Notes: a model not told the origin generated them from the letters alone. DNA of 32,000 nucleotides from Methanococcus maripaludis (GCF_002945325.1 NZ_CP026606.1:720001-752000), one strand, 5' to 3'; counted from the first letter of the stretch, positions 1 to 11,113 are shown. A program made the numbers and translations.

Positions 1-250
1 CTTTTGCAACAGTTACAAGTTTTTTTAATTCTTCAATTCCAAAATAGCCAATTTCCCGCCCTTTATTTGCTTGCGCTTCTAATTCAGAAATTACTGCTTC
101 TGGAACAATTATTTTACATTTTTCAATTCTGCCGTCAAGTATTAATTCTGTAATTCTACCATCAATAACCACGCAGGTGTCTACAGTAATTTTACATTCC
201 TTAAACTTTTTATTTTCATTTAAATTTTGATTAATCTCTTCGATAGACAT
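1..250 (-). CDS. PIN-domain protein, N-terminal part of a PIN/ATPase/KH-type protein (truncated by window edge)
   Basis: Minus-strand frame from ATG at 250 translates MSIEEINQNLNENKKFKECKITVDTCVVIDGRITELILDGRIEKCKIIVPEAVISELEAQANKGREIGYFGIEELKKL, with PIN-like TCVVIDG and ISELE motifs; open to window edge. Preceded by GGTGAG SD. Confidence 0.7.
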   Translation of the reverse strand, partial: MSIEEINQNLNENKKFKECKITVDTCVVIDGRITELILDGRIEKCKIIVPEAVISELEAQANKGREIGYFGIEELKKLVTVAK

Positions 251-310
251 AGTCTCACCATAAAAACGATAAAAAATATTTAAAATTTAAAAAATAAGTT
301 AAATTAAATA

Positions 311-709
311 TTAATCTAATTTAGTCCCAATAACGGTAGAATCTCCAGTATTTAAATCAATCTTGTTGTGAAAACACGACATATATCCTTCATGACAGGC
401 CCATCCGGTCTGTTCAACCGTGAAAAGAAGTGCATCTCCGTCACAATCCCGATATACATCTATTATTTTTTGGACGTTTTTGCTTTCTTCGCCCTTTTTC
501 CAGATTTTATCCCTGCTTGTAGAGTAGTAGTGCATATATCCTGTTTCAATTGATTTTTCTAATGATTCTTCGCTCATAAATGCAGTCATTAAAACATTTT
601 TTTGTTTATCTGTCGAAATTGCCATCAACAGCTTTTTTCCGTCGATATTTCTAAATTTCAAATCCATATTTTTTATAATTTCTTTTATATTTTTGTCCAT
701 TTTTTCCAC
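311..709 (-). CDS. hisI: Phosphoribosyl-AMP cyclohydrolase
   Basis: Contains family-typical [49 protein letters not shown]...[26 protein letters not shown]. Confidence 0.95.
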   Translation of the reverse strand: MEKMDKNIKEIIKNMDLKFRNIDGKKLLMAISTDKQKNVLMTAFMSEESLEKSIETGYMHYYSTSRDKIWKKGEESKNVQKIIDVYRDCDGDALLFTVEQTGWACHEGYMSCFHNKIDLNTGDSTVIGTKLD

Positions 710-720
710 AGATGTTTTAA

Positions 721-1698
721 CTATTTTATTATTTCATATCCTGAATTATTTGCTTTTGTAGATATAATCTCGCCTTCAATTCCAAATTTATCGAAAAATT
801 CATTGGAAATTTCAGTTATTGTATCTTTATCCCCTAAAGAATAAATTGTTGGACCAAAACTTGAAATTCCACTGTATGAAACTTCTTGAAGCTTTGATAA
901 TAATCCTTTTAAACTTTCTTTTTGAAGTCCAACTTCTGCACGTTTGAATCCTAAATTTTGAAGTTCATTTACAACTTTTCCAAATGAATCAAAGTCTTTT
1001 TCGATAACTGCGGGCATCATTTTCATTAAAACTAGCCTGCATATTTTTTGAACGTCTTCGGTTGGAACTGGACAGAATTTTCTAAATATGTCAACTTCCC
1101 TGTCTCCACAGACCTGTTCTCCTTTTGGAATTGTTAAAACAATATCCCAGTCAAAATCGTGTCGGAATAGTACAGGAGAGGGTTTTACATCCTTTGATGC
1201 TGAGGAAGGCCTAAAATCAATTTTATCTTTTCCTTCACCAAAAGTATGGCCCCCATCAACAATGAATCCGCCAGTTTCAAAAGCTGCCACACCAATTCCT
1301 GAAGTTCCGCCCCTTCCAGTAATTTTTGCCAGTGTTTCTGCGTTTAAATCTACGCCATAAACTAATGAAGTAATTTTTCCAGTAGAAAGTGAAACTTGTG
1401 TTCCACTTCCAAGTCCAGAATGGGATAAAATCGCGTCATTTACTTTTAAACTTATTCCACTTTCCCCAATAACATCTAAAACATTTTTCGCCGCATTTTT
1501 AATTCTTGATTCCAAATTTTCTTTATCTTTCTCATAAATTTCAATTCTAAAATCTATTTCTATCTCGCTACTTTCTTTTCCTTCAATTTGAAAATTAGGG
1601 TAATCCAGAGCAACTCCCACTCCACCATCAACCCTTCCAATTTCTCCGTTTAAATCAATTAATCCCATATGTATTCTGGAAGGAGAATTCAACTTCAT
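721..1698 (-). CDS. mptG: Beta-ribofuranosylaminobenzene 5'-phosphate synthase (methanopterin biosynthesis, GHMP-kinase-like)
   Basis: [34 protein letters not shown] and [14 protein letters not shown]; GHMP-like motif typical of RFAP synthase. Confidence 0.85.
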   Translation of the reverse strand: MKLNSPSRIHMGLIDLNGEIGRVDGGVGVALDYPNFQIEGKESSEIEIDFRIEIYEKDKENLESRIKNAAKNVLDVIGESGISLKVNDAILSHSGLGSGTQVSLSTGKITSLVYGVDLNAETLAKITGRGGTSGIGVAAFETGGFIVDGGHTFGEGKDKIDFRPSSASKDVKPSPVLFRHDFDWDIVLTIPKGEQVCGDREVDIFRKFCPVPTEDVQKICRLVLMKMMPAVIEKDFDSFGKVVNELQNLGFKRAEVGLQKESLKGLLSKLQEVSYSGISSFGPTIYSLGDKDTITEISNEFFDKFGIEGEIISTKANNSGYEIIK

Positions 1699-1710
1699 TA
1701 AACTTCACCT

Positions 1711-2172
1711 TTAAATCATTGCCTCTATCAAGTCGCCCCTTGTTACAATCCCAACCAATTTCTCGCCTTCAACTACAGGTAATCTTTTTATTTTATTTTT
1801 TACCATTACTTCTGCTGCATTCGTTATCGGGGTTTCTGAAGATACACTGACTACTTTTTCAGACATTGCTTCAAAAACTTCTGTTCTTAATGCATTTTCC
1901 ATGTCTCCCTTAAATTCTTCAATTTTTATCGCAGTTTTTAACGGTAACTCAATTAAATCAAAAGGAGATGGAAGCACTAAACTAAACCTATCGTCATGTG
2001 AAGTTAACGCCTTAATAATATCACTTTCGGATAAGATTCCGACCAGTTTTTCGCCTTCAACAACAGGTGCACCACTTATTTTATTTTCCCTGAATGTTGA
2101 TATTGCTTTTTCGATATCATCGTCTTTATTCAGTGTTATTGGCCTTTTCATTACATCTTTAACAAAAATCAT
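1711..2172 (-). CDS. Tandem CBS-domain protein
   Basis: Two CBS repeats: VKDVMKRPITLNKDDDIEKAI...GAPVVEGEKLVGILSESDI and AMSEKVVSVSSETPITNAAEVM...RLPVVEGEKLVGIVTRGDLI. Confidence 0.9.
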   Translation of the reverse strand: MIFVKDVMKRPITLNKDDDIEKAISTFRENKISGAPVVEGEKLVGILSESDIIKALTSHDDRFSLVLPSPFDLIELPLKTAIKIEEFKGDMENALRTEVFEAMSEKVVSVSSETPITNAAEVMVKNKIKRLPVVEGEKLVGIVTRGDLIEAMI

Positions 2173-2247
2173 TCTTCCACCAGATTATTTATCAACAAAT
2201 ATATATAATCCATGATTGATATAGCTACTAGATATATTGGTGGTAAA

Positions 2248-3390
2248 ATGTATATAAGGGTTAACAATGGCGTTACAGAATGCAACATCAGATTGGTAGG
2301 AACAGCTCACGTATCTGACGATAGTGTTATGGAAGTAGAAAACGCCATTATCGAAACTGATCCAGAAGTAGTAGCTATTGAATTAGATAAAGACCGATTT
2401 GTAGCCATGTTTCAAAATAAAAAAAATAACGTGGATTTAAAATCAGTCATAAAACAGGGTAAAGTAGGAATTTACATAGTGCACTCCATCTTAGCAAACT
2501 TCCAAAAAAACATTGGGGAACAGTTTGGGATAAAACCTGGAAGTGAAATGAAAAAAGCCACCGACCTTGCGATACAACACGGAAAACCAATTTCACTAAT
2601 TGATAGACCAATTAATGTTACCTTATCAAGAACAGTTAATAAAATGACACTTAAAGAAAAATTTGACTTTTTGATGGGCCTTTTAACCGAACAGAACTTG
2701 GAATTAGATGAAAAAGCAGTTAATGACATGGTTTCAAATGCCGATGACTTAATTTTACTTTTAAAAGATATTTCCCCGTCAATTTATGAAACGCTTGTTG
2801 ATGAAAGAGATAGATATATGGCAAAAAATCTCTTTGAGGCGAGCAAAGGAAAAGAAAATATCGTTGCAGTAGTTGGCGCAGGCCACGTTCCTGGAATTAA
2901 AAACTACCTCAAAAAAATGGAAATGGGGGAAGATATTGACTTAAAATCATTACTGGAAGTAAAAAAAAAGTCAAATATTTTAGGTAAAATAATTTCTATT
3001 GCAATACTTTTAATTATATTTTACGGATTTTACGCCGCATCGTCAAATCTTGAAGCATTAAAAACTCTTACAATGGAATGGGTGCTTATAAATGGCTGTC
3101 TTTCCTCATTGGGCGTCATTTTAGCACGCGGAAAGATCCAGACGATGATTGCAGCATTTTTAGCGGCACCTGTTACCTCGTTAATTCCAGTAATTGGTGC
3201 AGGATACGTTGCAGGATTAGTAGAACTTAAATTCAGGGACGTTTCCTTCAATGATATTGGAAAAATGATGAATACCGAAAATTTTAAAGAATTAATGGAA
3301 AATCAAGCGATGAGAGTTCTATTAGTCGCAGCACTTGCAAACCTTGGAAGCGCAATTGGAACTTTTTATTTTGTACCTAGATTTTTATAA
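2248..3390 (+). CDS. TraB family protein (PrgY-like), C-terminal membrane segments
   Basis: IRLVGTAHVSDDSVMEVENAIIETDPEVVAIELDKDRF...VAVVGAGHVPGIKNYLKK...and hydrophobic C-terminus. Supplied ORF starts at 2212, but ATG 2248 follows GGTGGT and is the more likely start. Confidence 0.85.
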   Translation: MYIRVNNGVTECNIRLVGTAHVSDDSVMEVENAIIETDPEVVAIELDKDRFVAMFQNKKNNVDLKSVIKQGKVGIYIVHSILANFQKNIGEQFGIKPGSEMKKATDLAIQHGKPISLIDRPINVTLSRTVNKMTLKEKFDFLMGLLTEQNLELDEKAVNDMVSNADDLILLLKDISPSIYETLVDERDRYMAKNLFEASKGKENIVAVVGAGHVPGIKNYLKKMEMGEDIDLKSLLEVKKKSNILGKIISIAILLIIFYGFYAASSNLEALKTLTMEWVLINGCLSSLGVILARGKIQTMIAAFLAAPVTSLIPVIGAGYVAGLVELKFRDVSFNDIGKMMNTENFKELMENQAMRVLLVAALANLGSAIGTFYFVPRFL

Positions 3391-3519
3391 TGCGTTTGTA
3401 TTTTCCAGAAATCTATTTTTTTAATAGCTTTTTTAAAAATAAAATACCCAAACTATTTATTTTGGCATTAATATATAAAAGCCCAATTAACGCTCAAATC
3501 CGCGGAGTGGTGAACAGGC

Positions 3520-4554
3520 ATGCGAAAAATCGTCGTTTTTTTGACCGTAATTTTAGTACTTTTAATGGCAGGATGTATTGGAGATCAAAAATCAAAATCT
3601 TATAACGATAAAGGTCTTGAATTGTACAATCAAGGCAATTATGTCGATTCAATATCTGAATATAACCTCGCACTTTTAGAAAACCCAAAATCTGCTGAAA
3701 TTTGGGTGAATAAAGGAAATTCGCTTTTAAAACTTGGAATATATGGCGAATCTACAGAATGTTTTAATAAAGCTCTTTTAATTGATTCTGAAAATTCAGA
3801 AGCATTTAATGGATTAGGGACAGTACTTTCAAAAACCGGCAATTACCAAAAAGCCCTTGAAATGTACGATAAATCGTTAAATATCGATTCTGAAAATTCA
3901 GAAGCCTGGAACAATAAGGGAATTACATTAACTAACATGCAAAGGTACTCAGAAGCTATTGAATGTTTTGATAGATCAATCTCAATTAATGCAAAAAATT
4001 CAGACGTTTGGTACAATAAGGGAGAATCGCAGTTTAAACTCGGAAAATATCAAGAATCCATTGATTCATATAATAAAGCTCTGTTAATTGATGAAAAAAT
4101 GGAAACTGCACTGCTTGGAAAAGGAAATTCATATTTAAAACTGCAGAACTACGAAAGCGCAATAGAATGTTTTAATACTGCAGAAACTATCAATCCAAAA
4201 AGCGAATATCCCCCATACTACAAAGCAGATGCTTATCGAGATACTGAAAACTTTGAAGATGCTTTAAAATATTACGATGAAACATTGGAAATAAATCCCT
4301 CGAATGCAGACGTTTTGATAAATAAAGGAATTTGTTTTGATAAAATGAAAAATTATAGTAGTGCAATATCAAATTTTGATTTGGCAATTCAGCTTGATCC
4401 AAAAAATGTACAAATTTGGATCTTAAAAGGAAATTCATACGTTGGGTTAAAAGACTATGAATTTTCAATTTCTTGTTATAAAAAAGCCCTTGAACTTGAC
4501 CCTGAAAATGAAAATGCTAAAGAAAATATAGATATTGTAGAAAAAATAATTTAA
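3520..4554 (+). CDS. Secreted/lipid-anchored TPR-repeat protein
   Basis: N-terminal MRKIVVFLTVILVLLMAGC lipobox-like signal; about nine 34-residue TPR units (e.g. EAWNNKGITLTNMQRYSEAIECFDRSISI). Confidence 0.85.
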   Translation: MRKIVVFLTVILVLLMAGCIGDQKSKSYNDKGLELYNQGNYVDSISEYNLALLENPKSAEIWVNKGNSLLKLGIYGESTECFNKALLIDSENSEAFNGLGTVLSKTGNYQKALEMYDKSLNIDSENSEAWNNKGITLTNMQRYSEAIECFDRSISINAKNSDVWYNKGESQFKLGKYQESIDSYNKALLIDEKMETALLGKGNSYLKLQNYESAIECFNTAETINPKSEYPPYYKADAYRDTENFEDALKYYDETLEINPSNADVLINKGICFDKMKNYSSAISNFDLAIQLDPKNVQIWILKGNSYVGLKDYEFSISCYKKALELDPENENAKENIDIVEKII

Positions 4555-4578
4555 TTCTTTTTTTAATTTATTAAATTT

Positions 4579-5300
4579 TTAAGCAACTGGATTTTCTGAT
4601 TCATCTGGGGAACTATCGCTGGTTTCACTGCCAGAATTGTCTTCTGAAGAAGTATCCGAATTACTTTCTGATTCGGAAGAACTATCTGATGGTTCATCGT
4701 CTGAAGTTTCTGAATCTTCTGTTTCGGAATTACTTTCTGATTCCCCTCCCGGATTATCATCTGAGGTTGTATCTGAATTATCGCCAGAAGAAGTTTCTGA
4801 AGATTCATCTCCAGTAATATCCTCGGTTTCCGAAGGAGTTTCTGATTGTTCATCATCTGAAGTTTCTGATTCACCCGTTTCATCGTTACTTTGTGTTTCA
4901 TCATCTGGAGAAGTTTCTGAAGATTCATCTCCAGTAGCCTCTCCCGTTTCTGAAGGATTATCTCCTGAATCTTCAGCACCTTCATCGTTATTGTCAGGTT
5001 CAGTGTCAGAGGTATCTCCTGAGTCAGCACTGCCTGAATCTTCTGGTTCTAAAGGAGAATCATTTTCTGAAGGATTATCTGAAATATTGCCCTCATCTTC
5101 TGCATCTGTATTATTTTGTGTTTCGTTATTTTGTGATTCATCAGTATTGTTTTCTATTTCCCCATTTGATTCATTTTCTGATTCATTCGGCGTAATTTCA
5201 CCAGTTTCATTGTTTAATGGAGTATCTGTTGTTTTGTTTTCAGGATTTGAAGTTTCTGCAGGTTCTTGGGTATCATCAGTTATTGGTTTTGTATATGAAT
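4579..5300 (-). repeat. Low-complexity acidic Ser/Glu/Asp/Thr/Asn tail-coding tract
   Basis: Degenerate repeats of SETSDDE/GDESSETS/SNSETEDSE in the protein and tct/gaa/gat-rich DNA. Confidence 0.85.
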
Positions 5301-7356
5301 AATCTGGAACATCTATTTCAAACTGAATAACTTCATCAGAATTTATGTTTTCCTCATTATCCTCTGCATAAACCCTCAACGTGTGTATCCCGTACGAAAG
5401 ATCTGTTAATGTTCCAGTATAGTAATTTGAACTTTTAGTCAGCGTGAAACTTACTTTTTCATCAAGCATTACTTTTACAGAATCTATTCCTGAATCATCT
5501 GTTGCTGAAACCTTAACCGAAACATTTTCTTCAAAAGAATCCCCGATTTCAGGTTCTATTATTTCAACTTCAGGAGGGGTGATATCGCCTTCATTTACGT
5601 CGAAAGTGACTTTTTCGTTATAATTTGAGTTTCCAGCAGCATCTGTTACAATTATCCATAAAGTGTGTGCGCCCCATTCTAAATTATCAAGAATATTTAT
5701 ATAATACCCGTTACTTTCGATTAAATCTACAGTATAGTCATCGATTTTTGCATAAGCTGAATATATGTCGGATTCGTCAGTGATTTTAACTTTTATCGAA
5801 ACTTCGGAACCCTCTGCATAAGATTTTGAAACTGGGGAAATAATTTTAACTTCAGGAGGCGTTGAATCTGGAGTTGATATTGAAAATACCCTTGATTCGA
5901 AGGAATTTACATTTCCAACAGCATCTTTTGCATATATTTTAATCGTGTGTGCCCCGTAGTCCAAATTATCTAAAGATTTGGAATAGGTAGTTCCGTTTTG
6001 CACCATTATTTCTTTGTAGCTATTATCCACCTCGAGCATTACAGAGTGAATTTCTGAGTTGTCGGTTACTGAAACGTCAACTAATATGGTTTCATTTTCA
6101 CCAAAGAAAGCATTTTCTCTAGGAGAAACAATGCTTACGACAGGAGGTACACTGTCAGGTGCTAATGGGATATTGTCAATATTCTCAGAATTAAGTTCAT
6201 AATACGTTTCGGAAAGTGTGTCCCCATTAGAATCCTGATTCATTGCTTTTTGACTGAATCCCGTACCTTCAGGAGTGTACCAAACATTTCCTGCGGTAAA
6301 TTCCCCTTCAAGTATATTACTTTCATTTATAATGGGAGCATTCCAGTAATTTTCACCTGAATCTTCAAAACGCACGTTTAAAGAATTATTAAACAAGTTA
6401 TCGTAGATAGTATTATATTTCGTACCAAATTCCATAAAAATTCCTGATTTTACGTTATTTAATAATCTATTTTTAAAAAGCACGTTTAAATCAGAATTCC
6501 ACAAGATTATTCCCTCGGAATTTTTAGAAATTTTATTCTTAGATATGGTATTTTCAAAAGATTTCCATGAATAAATTCCAGAATCATCGTTTTCAAAGAT
6601 ATTATTGCTTTCAATATTATTGAACTCAGATTCTCTTGTTAAAATTCCGTTATTCTCATTTTGATAGAGTTCATTAAATATTATCGAATTATTTTTTGAA
6701 TCCCAAACAAAAACTCCATTATCTTCGTTTTCAAAAACGGTATTTCCCGAAATAAGGTTATTTTTTGAATTTAATAACTCGATTCCATTGTAAATGTTAT
6801 TATTTACCGTATTTTTAGTAATATTGTTAAATTCAGACCCATCTAAAAATATTCCTGAAGTAACGATGCCGATAACCCCATTTTCATAAACTAAATTTTC
6901 GGAAATATCGTTATTTTTTGAGTTGAGTATGTAAATTCCGTCATAGGTATTCCCAAACACTTCGTTGTTTGAAATTTTACAGTTTTCTGCATTTTCAAGA
7001 ACTATTCCGTAATCAAAATTCGAAACTATCCCATTTTTTAAACTTACGTTATTTCCAGATATTGATATTCCTCTTCCTTCATAATTTCCTGAAAGCTTAT
7101 TTCCTTTTAAATCAATTATAATATTACTTTTATTAATTTCAATACCATTTGAAACTTTTAAATCAGTAGTTACCTCAACTATCCCATTTTCGGGAACATT
7201 TTCTATTGCATCCTGAATAGAATTATTTGATTCGAAAAATGCACCACTTTGATACCAGTAGTGAGTATTATTTACATATATTGTAGTATCTTCCGCACAT
7301 ACTCCTGAAATGGCCCCCAATATTACCATTACCAGAAATACCTTGAAAATTTTCAT
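4579..7356 (-). CDS. Large secreted surface protein: NosD-like right-handed beta-helix, three Ig-like repeats, acidic Ser/Glu/Asp/Asn-rich C-terminal tail
   Basis: Signal peptide MKIFKVFLVMVILGAISGVCAE; repeats such as NGIVLENAENCKISNNEVFGNTYDGIYILNSKNNDISEN; three PP(V/E)V.I.sP...V.DnS.I.S...D.LdyGaHTi... units; long SE/D/N/T-rich tail. Track start is 7401; ATG 7356 has strong SD AGAGGGGG. Confidence 0.85.
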   Translation of the reverse strand: MKIFKVFLVMVILGAISGVCAEDTTIYVNNTHYWYQSGAFFESNNSIQDAIENVPENGIVEVTTDLKVSNGIEINKSNIIIDLKGNKLSGNYEGRGISISGNNVSLKNGIVSNFDYGIVLENAENCKISNNEVFGNTYDGIYILNSKNNDISENLVYENGVIGIVTSGIFLDGSEFNNITKNTVNNNIYNGIELLNSKNNLISGNTVFENEDNGVFVWDSKNNSIIFNELYQNENNGILTRESEFNNIESNNIFENDDSGIYSWKSFENTISKNKISKNSEGIILWNSDLNVLFKNRLLNNVKSGIFMEFGTKYNTIYDNLFNNSLNVRFEDSGENYWNAPIINESNILEGEFTAGNVWYTPEGTGFSQKAMNQDSNGDTLSETYYELNSENIDNIPLAPDSVPPVVSIVSPRENAFFGENETILVDVSVTDNSEIHSVMLEVDNSYKEIMVQNGTTYSKSLDNLDYGAHTIKIYAKDAVGNVNSFESRVFSISTPDSTPPEVKIISPVSKSYAEGSEVSIKVKITDESDIYSAYAKIDDYTVDLIESNGYYINILDNLEWGAHTLWIIVTDAAGNSNYNEKVTFDVNEGDITPPEVEIIEPEIGDSFEENVSVKVSATDDSGIDSVKVMLDEKVSFTLTKSSNYYTGTLTDLSYGIHTLRVYAEDNEENINSDEVIQFEIDVPDYSYTKPITDDTQEPAETSNPENKTTDTPLNNETGEITPNESENESNGEIENNTDESQNNETQNNTDAEDEGNISDNPSENDSPLEPEDSGSADSGDTSDTEPDNNDEGAEDSGDNPSETGEATGDESSETSPDDETQSNDETGESETSDDEQSETPSETEDITGDESSETSSGDNSDTTSDDNPGGESESNSETEDSETSDDEPSDSSSESESNSDTSSEDNSGSETSDSSPDESENPVA

Positions 7357-7606
7357 TAAAACCCCCTCTTCAAAATCGTATATTGAATTCCCCAAATTCA
7401 ATATAACCCTTACAATTATAACTTTCTAAAACGCTATTATTATAGCTTATTGTTTAAATAAAGGATTAATTTCCCCCATAAAATAGATTAAACCAAAAAT
7501 ATAGAATTAATCGTGTGATAAAAGAATAATCATTTAGGGGTTTGAAAAAAGCCGAATTTTAAATATAATTAAATATAAAAAAGTAAATTTAAGTATTTCA
7601 AAAATT

Positions 7607-8611
7607 TTAGCAGACTCTAGGGATTGGATCGCCCATTGGCGTATCAACTATCCTTTTTCCGACAATTGTTTCCATTAAAACGCCTTTGTGTTCAGACGTT
7701 ACATTTCCAATAATTTTAGCGTTTTTTCCAAGCGGATGTGCCTTTAAAATTTCAAGTATTTTTTCTGAATCTTCTGCTTTTACAGACATTACAACTTTTC
7801 CTTCATTTGCAACAGTTAACGGGTCGATTCCAAGCGCTTCACCAATGGCCTGAACTTCATCGCTTATAGGGATTTTGTCTTCGTAGATTAATATTCCTAA
7901 ATCACTTTTTTCTGCCATCTCATTTAAAGAATCTGCAAGACCGCCTCTTGTCGGGTCTTTCATTCCATTAATTTCAAAACCTGCATTTAAAACGCTTTGA
8001 ACAAGCCCGTTTACTGGAGCTACGTCCGATTTTAATTCTGATTCAAATTCAAATCCTTCTCTTGAAAGAAGTATTGTAAGACCGTGTTCCCCGATATTTC
8101 CGCTAACGATTATTACATCTCCTTCTTTCATTCCGCAATCCCTTACAGCTTTGCCAGAATCAACAATTCCGATACCTGCAGATGAAATGATGATATCATC
8201 AACATTTGAAACTTTTGTATCCCCTGTAATTATTGCAACACCTGCTTCTTTGCAGGCTTCATTTATTGATTTCATTATTTTATCAAGTTTTTCAATATCA
8301 AAGCCTTCTGGAAGTACTATTGAAAGAGAAAGTGCAACAGGTTTTGCCCCCATTACTGAAAGATCATTTACAGTTCCGCATACGGAAATTCTCCCGATAT
8401 CGCCGCCTGGAAAAAATATTGGATGTACAGTGTGTCCATCAACAGTGAAAACTATTTCTTTATCCCCAATAGGTATGGTTGAAGCATCATCAAGAGATTC
8501 AAGACCAATTCCTCCTTCAATCTTCGTATTTTCTAAGTTACCGAGTATTGTTTCCTTAATTAACTTTTGCATTACGGTTCCGCCAGCACCATGCATTCGT
8601 GTAATATTCAT
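7607..8611 (-). CDS. hypE: Hydrogenase expression/formation protein HypE
   Basis: MHGAGGTVMQKLI, GGDIGRISVCGTVNDLSVMGAKP, and diagnostic C-terminus PMGDPIPRVC. Confidence 0.95.
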   Translation of the reverse strand: MNITRMHGAGGTVMQKLIKETILGNLENTKIEGGIGLESLDDASTIPIGDKEIVFTVDGHTVHPIFFPGGDIGRISVCGTVNDLSVMGAKPVALSLSIVLPEGFDIEKLDKIMKSINEACKEAGVAIITGDTKVSNVDDIIISSAGIGIVDSGKAVRDCGMKEGDVIIVSGNIGEHGLTILLSREGFEFESELKSDVAPVNGLVQSVLNAGFEINGMKDPTRGGLADSLNEMAEKSDLGILIYEDKIPISDEVQAIGEALGIDPLTVANEGKVVMSVKAEDSEKILEILKAHPLGKNAKIIGNVTSEHKGVLMETIVGKRIVDTPMGDPIPRVC

Positions 8612-8822
8612 GCGATCAACTCCAAATTTAAACTACTGATAATTAGTCATTTTATTTTTTATTGGTTGCGATATTGTTTTAATGCATGATATTTCTTATT
8701 GTAAATTAAATTCCGGGTACAAATGAAAAAATATATAATTGATAAATCATATAATATTTTAAAATGATATTATAATAAAAATTTTACCAATTCTATTTCT
8801 TATAAGATATGGACGTGGAAAT

Positions 8823-9578
8823 ATGAACGCATTTTCTTTTTTGAACTTGGAAAAGGGTATTGAAAATACCATGATAATTGATAAAGGACTGTCTCCTGAT
8901 TTTATTAACGATTATTTAAAAGTATGTGGAAAATATATCACTTTTGCGAAATTTGGATGGGGCACAAGCGCTGTTCAATCCAGAGAACTGGTTAAGGAAA
9001 AAATTGAAAATTACAAAAAATACGGCATAAAAACATACCCTGGCGGAACACTCTTTGAAGTATGTTTCTCAAAAAATCTTTTTGAAGAATACTTAAAAGA
9101 GTGTAAGAACCTAGGATTTGAATGTGTTGAAATATCTGATGGTTCAATGGATTTAAAACCTGAAGACAAAGATTATGCAATAAAACAGGCAAAAAAAGCA
9201 GGTTTTATCGTTCTTTCAGAAGTTGGAAAAAAAAGTATCGTTTTAGATGGCGAACTTGAAATCCACGAAAGAATAGAACTCGTAAAAAAAGACCTTGAAT
9301 CCGGTGCAGACTTTGTAATTATTGAAGGTAGAGAAAGCGGAAAATCAATAGGGCTTTTTGATGAAAAAGGGAACGTGAAAAAGGAAGAACTTGAGATACT
9401 TGCTGAAAACGTAGATATGGATAAAATAATACTTGAAGCACCTCAAAAAAATCAGCAGGTTGAATTTATATTACGTTTTGGGAATGACGTAAATCTTGGA
9501 AATATATCCTTTGAAGAAGTAATTTCACTGGAAACTCTGAGAAGAGGATTAAGAGGGGACACTTTCGGAAAAATTTAA
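8823..9578 (+). CDS. comA: Phosphosulfolactate synthase (coenzyme M biosynthesis)
   Basis: TMIIDKGLSPDFINDYLKVCGKYITFAKFGWGTSAV...KTYPGGTLFEVC...VEISDGSMDL...VIIEGRESGKSIGLFDEKG. Confidence 0.92.
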   Translation: MNAFSFLNLEKGIENTMIIDKGLSPDFINDYLKVCGKYITFAKFGWGTSAVQSRELVKEKIENYKKYGIKTYPGGTLFEVCFSKNLFEEYLKECKNLGFECVEISDGSMDLKPEDKDYAIKQAKKAGFIVLSEVGKKSIVLDGELEIHERIELVKKDLESGADFVIIEGRESGKSIGLFDEKGNVKKEELEILAENVDMDKIILEAPQKNQQVEFILRFGNDVNLGNISFEEVISLETLRRGLRGDTFGKI

Positions 9579-9596
9579 TTAAAAAGGGTGTAACTC

Positions 9597-10388
9597 ATGA
9601 ATATAGAAGAAATTAAGATTATTGGTGGATTTAACAAGTTTGGAGAATCCGAAAAAGTAACAGAACTAGTTGTAAAACGGGGAGAAATCTTTGGAGTAGT
9701 TGGACCAACAGGAAGCGGTAAATCAAATTTAATAAGCGATATTGAACAGCTCGCTCAGGGAGATACCCCATCAAATCGAAAAATACTCGTAAACGGAAAG
9801 GTTCCAGATGTTGAAATGAGAAGGGATCCAAGAAAAAGAAGAATTGCCCAGCTTTCACAAAATATGAATTTTTTAGCAGATATGACTGTTGAAGAATTTT
9901 TAATTATGCATGCAAAAAGCAGAGGCATGAATTCTGAAGGAATTGTTGATAGAGTAATCGAATTAGCAAACAAACTTACCGGAGAGCCGATTGAAAAAGA
10001 CTACAACTTAACAATACTCAGTGGCGGACAGTCAAGAAGCCTGATGGTTGCAGATGTTGCAGTTATCAGTGACTCACCGATTGTTTTAATTGATGAAATT
10101 GAAAATGCAGGGATTAAAAAGCACGAAGCACTTGAACTCCTTGCCGGATGCGGAAAAATTGTCATGGTAATTACGCATGATCCGGTTCTCGCCTTAATGA
10201 CTACCCGAAGAGTTGTTATGCGAAACGGTGGAATGACTGAAATCATCGAAACCACGGAAGAAGAAAAAGAAGTATCACAAAGATTGAGCGAAATTGATAG
10301 CTGGATGCTCTCTATGAGAGAAAAGGTAAGACATGGCGAAAAATTAAATTTAAAAGACATAGAAACACCAGCAGTTTCAGGTAATTAA
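9597..10388 (+). CDS. ABC-type ATPase (soluble, no permease adjacent)
   Basis: Walker [10 protein letters not shown], signature [13 protein letters not shown], Walker [12 protein letters not shown], His switch VITHD. Confidence 0.9.
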   Translation: MNIEEIKIIGGFNKFGESEKVTELVVKRGEIFGVVGPTGSGKSNLISDIEQLAQGDTPSNRKILVNGKVPDVEMRRDPRKRRIAQLSQNMNFLADMTVEEFLIMHAKSRGMNSEGIVDRVIELANKLTGEPIEKDYNLTILSGGQSRSLMVADVAVISDSPIVLIDEIENAGIKKHEALELLAGCGKIVMVITHDPVLALMTTRRVVMRNGGMTEIIETTEEEKEVSQRLSEIDSWMLSMREKVRHGEKLNLKDIETPAVSGN

Positions 10389-10407
10389 TTGAATTGGACG
10401 TGAAATA

Positions 10408-11112
10408 TTGAAAATGATAATTGTTGCAGGAACCCCCGGTGCAGGAAAAACTTCTGTTATGACTCACACAATAAAACAGCTTTTAAACAAAGGAAATAAG
10501 CCAGCGGTTGTTAAAATCGACTGTTTATATACTGATGATGATGCAAGATATGGAAAACTTAAAATTCCCACACTTGTTGGATTAAGTAAAGATATGTGTC
10601 CTGACCACTTTGCAATTTATAATTTAGAAGAAATGGCAGAATGGGCTGAAAAAGAAGGTGTTGATACATTAATTATTGAAACTGCTGGGTTATGCCACAG
10701 GTGTGCACCGTACACAAAAAACAGTCTTGGAATCTGCGTAATCGATGCAACATCTGGCCCAAATACTCCCAGAAAAGTTGGACCTTTTTTAACGAGTGCC
10801 GATGTTGTTGCAATAACTAAAGGAGATATTATATCTCAGGCTGAAAGGGAAGTATTTAGAGAACGAGTTCTTGAAATGAATCCAAAATGTACTATATACG
10901 ATGTAAATGGGCTCAGTGGACAGGGCTGTGCAGAAATTTCTGAAGAAATAATGGAAGCAAAAGATATTGTAGACCTTGAAAATGAAGAATTAAGGCATAA
11001 CGCTCCACTTTGTGTTTGTACTTTGTGTGTTGGAGAAACAAAAGTTGCTAAAAAACACCATAGGGGCGTTTTAAGAAGAATCGATGGATTTACCAAATAT
11101 ATTGGTGAATAA
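10408..11112 (+). CDS. P-loop GTPase, HypB/CobW-like (SIMIBI class) with Cys-rich motifs
   Basis: [35 protein letters not shown]-terminal [23 protein letters not shown]. Start TTG 10408 (or ATG 10414). Confidence 0.8.
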   Translation: MKMIIVAGTPGAGKTSVMTHTIKQLLNKGNKPAVVKIDCLYTDDDARYGKLKIPTLVGLSKDMCPDHFAIYNLEEMAEWAEKEGVDTLIIETAGLCHRCAPYTKNSLGICVIDATSGPNTPRKVGPFLTSADVVAITKGDIISQAEREVFRERVLEMNPKCTIYDVNGLSGQGCAEISEEIMEAKDIVDLENEELRHNAPLCVCTLCVGETKVAKKHHRGVLRRIDGFTKYIGE

Positions 11113-11113
11113 C

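Noticed and set aside
4563-5030. Minus-strand 155-aa ORF
   Set aside because: Alternate frame of the same low-complexity tail.
4637-5302. Long + strand ORF (221 aa, SSEEVSELLSDSEELSDGSSSEV...)
   Set aside because: Antisense shadow of the Ser/Glu/Asp-rich tail of the 4579..7356 gene; composition artefact, no SD or promoter.
8151-8639. 162-aa + strand ORF
   Set aside because: Antisense to hypE, which has unequivocal family motifs.
9597-10388. ABC ATPase as part of a conventional transporter
   Set aside because: No permease or binding protein in the neighbourhood; partner genes are a GTPase and an Fe-S protein.
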